Assembly (NCBI GenBank): GCA_964455185.1
Contig: CAYVUR010000001.1
Location: 3,892-67,891 of the forward strand
Direction: 5' to 3'
DNA length: 64,000 nt
Source: an uncultured Gammaproteobacteria bacterium
GTDB lineage: Bacteria > Patescibacteriota > Patescibacteriia > 2-01-FULL-39-33
The notes below the pieces were generated by a model that saw only the letters and a program-made list of their open reading frames with translations, was not told where the DNA came from and searched no databases. Shown in pieces: positions 58,069-64,000 of the stretch (its first letter is position 1; each line of letters starts with the position of its first letter). A program made the translations under genes and the position numbers.

Positions 58069-58141
58069 GTGCCCGTAGCTCAGGGGATAGAGCGCCAGCT
58101 TGCGGAGCTGTAGGTCGCAGGTTCAATTCCTGCCGGGCACG
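58069..58141 (+). tRNA. tRNA-Arg, anticodon read as GCG
   Basis: GTGCCCG-TA-GCTC-AGGGGATA-GAGC-G-CCAGC-TTGCGGA-GCTGT-AGGTC-GCAGG-TTCAATT-CCTGC-CGGGCAC-G. G3:C70 rules out Ala. The 7-nt loop TTGCGGA places GCG at positions 34-36. Confidence 0.65.
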
Positions 58142-58155
58142 TATTAATTTTTTTC

Positions 58156-60213
58156 ATGGCTGCTTTATCGGATAAAATCGGAGAATTAAATCCGTTTGCC
58201 AAGAAATTATCAAAAAAATTACAACGTTTAGGAATTGAGACCATAGAAGATCTCATTTTTTATTATCCTTATCGTTATGAAAATTTTTCAGTGTTATCTG
58301 AAATTTCAAAATTAACAATAGGACAAGAAGCTGTTGTTTGGGGAAGATTAGAACTTATTGCTTCACGACGTAGTTTACGTCAACGTAAATATCTTACAGA
58401 AGCAGTAATTTCTGACACTTCTGGGTCAATAAAAATAATTTGGTTTAATCAACCTTGGCTAACTAAAACACTCAAACCCGGAGATCGTTTATTGGTTTAT
58501 GGAAAGATAGCGGGAGATGTTTTTAATATTTATTTTAATTCTCCTAATTGGCAAAAAGTTGATTTTAATAAAAAACCAGAACCCCTAGGAATTTTACCAG
58601 TTTATCCATTAACCGCCGGCATAACTTCTAAACAGATTTTTTCTTTAGTAGAAACAGCTTTAATAAAGTATAAAGAGTTTATTAAAGATTTTTTACCACA
58701 AAAGATAATTGAAGACTATAAACTTAAAGAATTGTTTTGGTCTATTAAACAAATACATAAACCTACTAATTTAGATAATTTATCTTTAGCGCAATATCGA
58801 CTTTCTTTTGATGAACTTTTATTTTTACAATTAAAATCACAATTATCACGACGAAAATTAAAAGCATTAAAAGCACCACAAATTAATTTTAATGAAGCAA
58901 AAACTAAAGAATTAGTTAATTCTTTGCCTTTTAATTTAACTGCTGATCAAAAAAAGTCAGCTTGGGAAATAATTAAAGATATTGGTAAAACTGAACCGAT
59001 GAACCGATTACTTGAAGGAGATGTTGGTTCTGGTAAAACTTTAGTTGCTATAATATCTATGCATGCTACTTTTGTTGCTGGTTGGCAAACTGCTTTAATG
59101 ACTCCCACAGAAATATTAGCAACCCAACATTATCAAACAATTAGAAAGGTTTTAAAATTTTCTGGCGCCAAAATTGGTTTATTAACTGCTAACAGAAAAA
59201 TTATTAATGATGTTAAGGTAAATAAAAAAGATTTTTTGCAAGCTTGTTTATTAGGTGAAATAGATATAATAATAGGAACTCATTCTTTAATACAATCAGA
59301 AATTAATTTCAAAAAATTAGCTTTAGTTATTGTTGATGAACAACATCGTTTTGGCGTTAGACAAAGACAAGAATTAAAAAATAAAGGAGAATTAACCCCT
59401 CATTTTCTATCTTTAACTGCTACGCCTATACCTCGAACTATGGCATTAATTGCTTATGGAGATTTAGATATTTCTTTAATTAAACAACCACCTCAAGGTA
59501 GATTACCAATTATTACTAAAGTTGTTTCGCCGCAACAAAGAAATATGGCTTACGATTTTATTAATAAACAGGTAGCTCGGGGTAGACAAGTTTTTGTTAT
59601 TTGTCCTTTGATTGATCCCTCTGATAAATTAGGAGTTAAATCAGTAAAAGAAGAATATATGAAGTTAGATAAAGAAGTATTTCCTCATTTTTCAGTGGGC
59701 TTGTTACATGGCCGTTTGAAGCCTTCAGAAAAGGAACAAATAATGAATGATTTTACTGCTGGAAAAATTAAAATTTTAGTAGCAACTTCCGTAATTGAGG
59801 TTGGTGTAGACGTTCCTAATGCTACTGTTATGATGATTGAAGGAGCAGAGCGATTTGGTTTAGCTCAACTACATCAATTTCGTGGACGTGTAGGAAGAGG
59901 AAAATTTCAATCTTATTGTTTTTTATTTACCAATTCTTCAGATGAAAAAACAATTAAACGTCTTAATTTTATTGCTCATAATAATGATGGTTTTTCTTTA
60001 GCAGAATATGATTTAAAATTAAGAGGCTCAGGAAATTTATATGGCGTAGAACAATCAGGATTTATTTCCGGACTAAAATTAGCTGATATTAATAATGTAG
60101 CATTAATAAAACAAGTTTCAAACGTTGCTAAAGAGTTGATTGATAAAATAAACAATTTTCCTGAATTATTAGATAAAATAGAAAAATTAGGATTAATTGA
60201 TCATTGGGAGTAA
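58156..60213 (+). CDS. recG: ATP-dependent DNA helicase RecG
   Basis: Wedge/OB N-terminal domain and helicase motifs (GDVGSGKT, DEQHRFGV, TATPIPRTMA, LHGRLK). Confidence 0.93.
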   Translation: MAALSDKIGELNPFAKKLSKKLQRLGIETIEDLIFYYPYRYENFSVLSEISKLTIGQEAVVWGRLELIASRRSLRQRKYLTEAVISDTSGSIKIIWFNQPWLTKTLKPGDRLLVYGKIAGDVFNIYFNSPNWQKVDFNKKPEPLGILPVYPLTAGITSKQIFSLVETALIKYKEFIKDFLPQKIIEDYKLKELFWSIKQIHKPTNLDNLSLAQYRLSFDELLFLQLKSQLSRRKLKALKAPQINFNEAKTKELVNSLPFNLTADQKKSAWEIIKDIGKTEPMNRLLEGDVGSGKTLVAIISMHATFVAGWQTALMTPTEILATQHYQTIRKVLKFSGAKIGLLTANRKIINDVKVNKKDFLQACLLGEIDIIIGTHSLIQSEINFKKLALVIVDEQHRFGVRQRQELKNKGELTPHFLSLTATPIPRTMALIAYGDLDISLIKQPPQGRLPIITKVVSPQQRNMAYDFINKQVARGRQVFVICPLIDPSDKLGVKSVKEEYMKLDKEVFPHFSVGLLHGRLKPSEKEQIMNDFTAGKIKILVATSVIEVGVDVPNATVMMIEGAERFGLAQLHQFRGRVGRGKFQSYCFLFTNSSDEKTIKRLNFIAHNNDGFSLAEYDLKLRGSGNLYGVEQSGFISGLKLADINNVALIKQVSNVAKELIDKINNFPELLDKIEKLGLIDHWE

Positions 60214-60223
60214 AAATATACAA

Positions 60224-61561
60224 TTATTTTAAGATATTAATTGCTTTTTTAATATTATTTAAATTTTCAATTTTTATTTTAGATTTTGAAAAAAAGTTTT
60301 TTAATTGAGGTATTAAAGCGGAAACAAAACCCATTTTTTCTGCCTCAATTATTCTTTTTTCTAGTTGTGATACTGATCTAATTTCTCCTGATAAACCTAC
60401 TTCTCCTAAGATTATAGTTTTAGCAGGTAGAGTTTTTTCTAAAAAAGCAGAAACGATAGCTAAACAAACAGCTAAATCAGCAGCAGTTTCTTTAATTTTG
60501 AAACCGCCAGCAACATTGATATAAACATCGTAATTATTAAGATTTATTTTAGAATTTTTTGATAAAACAGCTAAAAGCATTTGTAAACGATTAAGATCAA
60601 ATCCATTAGCTCGGCGTTGCGGATAGCCAAAAAAAGTTTTAGCTGTTAACGCTTGAATTTCTATAAGAAATGGTCTGCTTCCTTCTATAACTATAGTAGT
60701 GGCTATTCCGCATCTATTAATATCTAATTCTTTATCTATAAAAGCTTGGCTAGGATTATTAATTTCTAATAGTCCTGTTGTAGACATTTCAAAAACGCCA
60801 ATTTCGCCAGTTGATCCAAAACGATTTTTTACTGATCTAAGTATACGATAAAAATTATTATTATCATTTTCTAAATAGAGTACAACGTCAACTAAATGTT
60901 CTAAAGTTTTAGGTCCAGCCACATACCCATCTTTAGTAACATGTCCAATAACTAAAATTGGTATGTTTTGAGTTTTAGCTAAGCTTATTAATTTAGTTGT
61001 ACAAGCAGTTATTTGTGATACACTCCCAACTGAACCAGAAACTTCTTGGGAGTAGATTGTTTGTATTGAATCTATAATTAAAAATTGAGGTTTAATTTTA
61101 TTAGTTGTAGCTATTATTTTATCAATATCAGTTTGTGCTAAAAAATTTATTTTTTTAGTATCAATTCCTAATCTAATTACTCGAGAAGCAACTTGTGAAG
61201 CAGACTCTTCTCCTGAAACATAAAGAGCATTGTTTAAGTTTTGAATTATTTGTAGAGCTAAAGTAGATTTACCAATTCCCGGATCTCCGCCAAGTAAAAT
61301 AAAAGATCCTAAAACTATACCCCCACCAAGAACTCGGTCAACTTCTTTTATTTTAGTGGTTAAGCGAAAATTTTCTGTTTCAGTTAAAGAAGCTAAATTA
61401 ATTGGAGTTTCTGGTGAGATTAAATTTTTAGTTTTAGGTTTTGTAGAAATAATTTCTTCATTAAGAGTTCCCCAAGAACCACATTCTAAACAGCGTCCTT
61501 GCCATTTAAGATATTGAGCGCCACATTTAGAGCAGAAAAAAATAGTTTGATTATTTTTCAT
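60224..61561 (-). CDS. radA: DNA repair protein RadA/Sms
   Basis: N-terminal C4 zinc finger (CSKCGAQYLKWQGRCLECGSWGT), RecA-like Walker A GDPGIGKST, a KNRFG motif and a Lon-like C-terminal domain. Confidence 0.93.
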   Translation of the reverse strand: MKNNQTIFFCSKCGAQYLKWQGRCLECGSWGTLNEEIISTKPKTKNLISPETPINLASLTETENFRLTTKIKEVDRVLGGGIVLGSFILLGGDPGIGKSTLALQIIQNLNNALYVSGEESASQVASRVIRLGIDTKKINFLAQTDIDKIIATTNKIKPQFLIIDSIQTIYSQEVSGSVGSVSQITACTTKLISLAKTQNIPILVIGHVTKDGYVAGPKTLEHLVDVVLYLENDNNNFYRILRSVKNRFGSTGEIGVFEMSTTGLLEINNPSQAFIDKELDINRCGIATTIVIEGSRPFLIEIQALTAKTFFGYPQRRANGFDLNRLQMLLAVLSKNSKINLNNYDVYINVAGGFKIKETAADLAVCLAIVSAFLEKTLPAKTIILGEVGLSGEIRSVSQLEKRIIEAEKMGFVSALIPQLKNFFSKSKIKIENLNNIKKAINILK

Positions 61562-61568
61562 GAAATTA

Positions 61569-62423
61569 TTATCCTTGATCTATGTGCCAACAATTATTTT
61601 CCGGTTTATATTCATTAATAATTCTTATTGTTGGATAAATAGTTCCTCCTATATTAACATTATTTAAAATATATCCCGGTTGCCCTTTATATTGAAAGTC
61701 TGGAGTTTCATTGGCGATAAGATTTCCAAAATATTGATTTGTTTGCTCATTTCTAGGAAAGTCAGCCGCTGTTCCATGAGCATGTCTTGAGCCAGTATCA
61801 TAAGGTCTAAAAACTGAAGTTGGATTAGCTCCAGTAGCCGAGCTTATAGTTTTAATTATTGCTTGAGTTTCTGGCGTAGCTCCAGTTAAATTTAATGGGA
61901 CATTGCTATTAATATTTCCTTCATGTTCGTATTTACCAATACTTTCTTCATGTTTTTGACTCATCACATCATAATTACTCGTGACTTGAATATCTTTTAT
62001 CTCTGGCATATTAATATTAGTCAAAGAAGGATTAATTAAACTAATAATTAAATAAGAACCAAAAGCTAATACTAACCCAGTAACAGCAGAAAAAATAGTA
62101 TCTTGAGCATCACTAATTTGTTTAGGGTCACCTCTAGAAGCCAACCATTTAAAGCCGCCCCACATTATTATAATAGTAGCAATAATGCCAACTGTTCCCA
62201 GTAAAAGATTGTACCAAGCTTTAAAATAATCTCCTAATAATGAACCCTTAACTTGTCCACCAGTAACATTGCCAACAGGAACATTGAGTTGAATTGAAAT
62301 ATCGTTATAATTGTTGTCAGTTTGGCTCTTTGATGAAGCTTTTGCTGGTGGATCTAATGCTAAAACTGTTGTAGCAGGAATTAATAAATAAAAAATAAAT
62401 ATTGTTAAAATTATTTTTTTCAT
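61569..62423 (-). CDS. Pilin-like (VirB2/TrbC-topology) membrane module fused to an M15-family zinc peptidase (VanY/DD- or LD-peptidase-like)
   Basis: Signal peptide plus two TM helices separated by a short basic loop (..YFKAWYNLLLGTVGIIATIIIMWGGFKWLASRGDPKQISDAQDTIFSAVTGLVLAFGSYLIISLI..). The C-terminal SRHAHGTAADF (SxHxxGxAxD) and terminal CWHIDQG are M15 zinc-site signatures. Confidence 0.6.
   Translation of the reverse strand: MKKIILTIFIFYLLIPATTVLALDPPAKASSKSQTDNNYNDISIQLNVPVGNVTGGQVKGSLLGDYFKAWYNLLLGTVGIIATIIIMWGGFKWLASRGDPKQISDAQDTIFSAVTGLVLAFGSYLIISLINPSLTNINMPEIKDIQVTSNYDVMSQKHEESIGKYEHEGNINSNVPLNLTGATPETQAIIKTISSATGANPTSVFRPYDTGSRHAHGTAADFPRNEQTNQYFGNLIANETPDFQYKGQPGYILNNVNIGGTIYPTIRIINEYKPENNCWHIDQG
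61958..62322 (-). repeat. Copy A of a ~365-nt perfect direct repeat (the shared N-terminal module of the two paralogs)
   Basis: Nucleotide-identical by eye to 63050-63412, from ..GACTCATCACATCATAATTACTCGTGACTTG.. through ..GAATTGAAATATCGTTATAATTGTTGTCAG. The flanks diverge. Confidence 0.8.
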
Positions 62424-62426
62424 ATT

Positions 62427-63482
62427 TTATTGACAATTAACCCCAGCTTGTTCTATTAATTTATCATTTCCCTCAGCTTCACTAGCCGCCATAATATCAG
62501 CATTCATTTGGGGTCTACCTGTTTTTTGTAACTGAATATAATATTGGCTGTTTAATATTTCTTTTCCAGCTTGTTCAAAATTATTTTCTCTAATAGCTGT
62601 CCACATATTATTGAAATTATTAAGTGAGGCTCCTCCCATATTATAAGCCATATCAGTTAGAACAACTTGTCTTCCAGCTGAAAGATTATCAAAATTGACT
62701 CCATGTTCGCTAGCTATTTCTCTAGCTTGATTTTGATATTTTTCGTAATCACTTGCTAGAATTTTTCTTGCTTCCTCTTCTGTGCCATTAAAAGTTTCTC
62801 CTGGCTGTATTTGATGTCCAAAATAAATATCTTGAGTGTCTGTTTGGATTGGGTCAGTATAAGGAGTAGTGCTATAACCTTCATGAGAAGCAATATAGGC
62901 CATGCCATAATTTCTCTCTCCTTTATCATTTTGTGGACAAGGTACTTTAGGTCCATTATTTTTATTTTCTGGCGTGGATTGTCCTAATTGACCATTAGTT
63001 GGAGTTGTTTGGGATAAAGAATTGTAATTATTACCTTTACTATAACCTTGACTCATCACATCATAATTACTCGTGACTTGAATATCTTTTATCTCTGGCA
63101 TATTAATATTAGTCAAAGAAGGATTAATTAAACTAATAATTAAATAAGAACCAAAAGCTAATACTAACCCAGTAACAGCAGAAAAAATAGTATCTTGAGC
63201 ATCACTAATTTGTTTAGGGTCACCTCTAGAAGCCAACCATTTAAAGCCGCCCCACATTATTATAATAGTAGCAATAATGCCAACTGTTCCCAGTAAAAGA
63301 TTGTACCAAGCTTTAAAATAATCTCCTAATAATGAACCCTTAACTTGTCCACCAGTAACATTGCCAACAGGAACATTGAGTTGAATTGAAATATCGTTAT
63401 AATTGTTGTCAGCAGCTAACACTCTTAATAGTGGTGGAATTAATAATAACAAAGTAATTAATACAAAAAATATTTTTTTCAT
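62427..63482 (-). CDS. Pilin-like (VirB2/TrbC-topology) membrane module fused to a GH24 phage-type lysozyme (muramidase)
   Basis: The N-terminal ~125 aa are identical to the 61569-62423 paralog. The C-terminal domain aligns with T4/P22 lysozymes: catalytic IASHEGYSTTPYTDP..IYFGHQ (E...D...T block), VVLTDMAYNMGGASL and NNFEQAGKEILNSQYY blocks. Confidence 0.65.
   Translation of the reverse strand: MKKIFFVLITLLLLIPPLLRVLAADNNYNDISIQLNVPVGNVTGGQVKGSLLGDYFKAWYNLLLGTVGIIATIIIMWGGFKWLASRGDPKQISDAQDTIFSAVTGLVLAFGSYLIISLINPSLTNINMPEIKDIQVTSNYDVMSQGYSKGNNYNSLSQTTPTNGQLGQSTPENKNNGPKVPCPQNDKGERNYGMAYIASHEGYSTTPYTDPIQTDTQDIYFGHQIQPGETFNGTEEEARKILASDYEKYQNQAREIASEHGVNFDNLSAGRQVVLTDMAYNMGGASLNNFNNMWTAIRENNFEQAGKEILNSQYYIQLQKTGRPQMNADIMAASEAEGNDKLIEQAGVNCQ
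63050..63412 (-). repeat. Copy B of the ~365-nt perfect direct repeat
   Basis: See copy A. It is identical across the signal-peptide-proximal to linker-coding region. Confidence 0.8.
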
Positions 63483-63492
63483 AGATAGTTTA

Positions 63493-64000
63493 TTATAAAG
63501 GTAGATTTATTTGATAAATTCTATTATCGTTTTTTTCTGAAAAAAAGATTTTTCCCGGATTAGAATTTGAATACATAATATTTTCTATTGTTTTAGTGCC
63601 TTGTGGCTTAGCTATCATTTTCATATCTCCAGTTGCCAGATCTATTAGCCAAATATCATCTTGTACTTTATCAACCTCAGATCTATTAAGTCCAGCTCCA
63701 ATTGGCATTTCTTCTGGTACGCCGCAAAAAACAAAACGATCTTCTGCAAAAGTACATTTATCAACAAAAGTTTTGAGTGGTATAGGACTTCTGAAAGCTC
63801 CAATATTTTCTCCTGAAGCCGCTGAAATCCACAGAGATGGGCGATAATAATCATTTACATCATAAGTGCTATAAAGCATATAATTTCCTGAGGGTGACCA
63901 TTTTCCTGCAAACCCTCTACCTTGAACAATCATTGATTTAAAATTTTCTTTGTTTTGTCCAATAAAATAAACTTCTGAACGAGAGCTATCTTTGCCTTCA
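63493..64000 (-). CDS. TolB-like beta-propeller (PD40/WD40-like repeat) protein, C-terminal part; the ORF runs off the window end
   Basis: GKWSPSGNYMLYSTYDVN.. and ..DDIWLIDLATGDMKMI.. resemble TolB/PD40 blades. The reading frame stays open upstream of the track's Met to position 64000. Confidence 0.45.
   Translation of the reverse strand, partial: EGKDSSRSEVYFIGQNKENFKSMIVQGRGFAGKWSPSGNYMLYSTYDVNDYYRPSLWISAASGENIGAFRSPIPLKTFVDKCTFAEDRFVFCGVPEEMPIGAGLNRSEVDKVQDDIWLIDLATGDMKMIAKPQGTKTIENIMYSNSNPGKIFFSEKNDNRIYQINLPL

Noticed and set aside
58069-58141. Reading this tRNA as tRNA-Ala (TGC)
   Set aside because: A TGC register requires an anticodon stem that does not pair. G3:C70 also lacks the G3:U70 Ala identity element.
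63596-63854. ORFs 63596-63847 (+) and 63645-63854 (-)
   Set aside because: They lie inside or opposite the TolB-like gene. They lack features.

Overview
This is an AT-rich (roughly 30% GC) bacterial segment read with the standard genetic code. The gene content (rpoB-rpoC, ftsK, recA, efp, an rpsF-ssb-rpsR block, smpB-tmRNA-infC-rpmI-rplT, glyQS, parAB, a short RelA/SpoT protein, topA, dprA, pth, der, ksgA), many small membrane or HTH proteins and a giant secreted protein suggest a small-genome, possibly Patescibacteria/CPR-like organism. That assignment is an inference, not a database result. The first ~37 kb is mostly conserved housekeeping, with tRNAs and a tmRNA that the ORF track cannot show. 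From ~37.4 kb onward there is an accessory-like region. It holds a secreted Ca-binding-repeat protein, a 3288-aa Cys-rich secreted protein with CBM-like and PKD-like modules, and a Gram-positive-type minimal type IV secretion-like cluster (VirB6/TrbL-like, PrgI/VirB3-like, a VirB4 split at an A6 tract, a bitopic protein) ending at comFC. Downstream lie tRNAs, recG and radA. On the minus strand is an operon with two tandem paralogs that share a 100% identical pilin-like membrane module. One is fused to a GH24 lysozyme and the other to an M15 zinc peptidase. A TolB-like beta-propeller gene precedes them. The most interesting candidates are the pilin-anchored, cassette-swapped peptidoglycan hydrolases, and a possible ComB-like T4SS-based DNA-uptake apparatus sitting beside comFC, dprA, recA, radA, recG and ssb. 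I also call an unannotated tmRNA, several promoters and terminators, and a promoter-plus-long-hairpin small-RNA candidate between dprA and pth. Hand-counted coordinates for RNAs and small motifs may be off by 1-2 nt.
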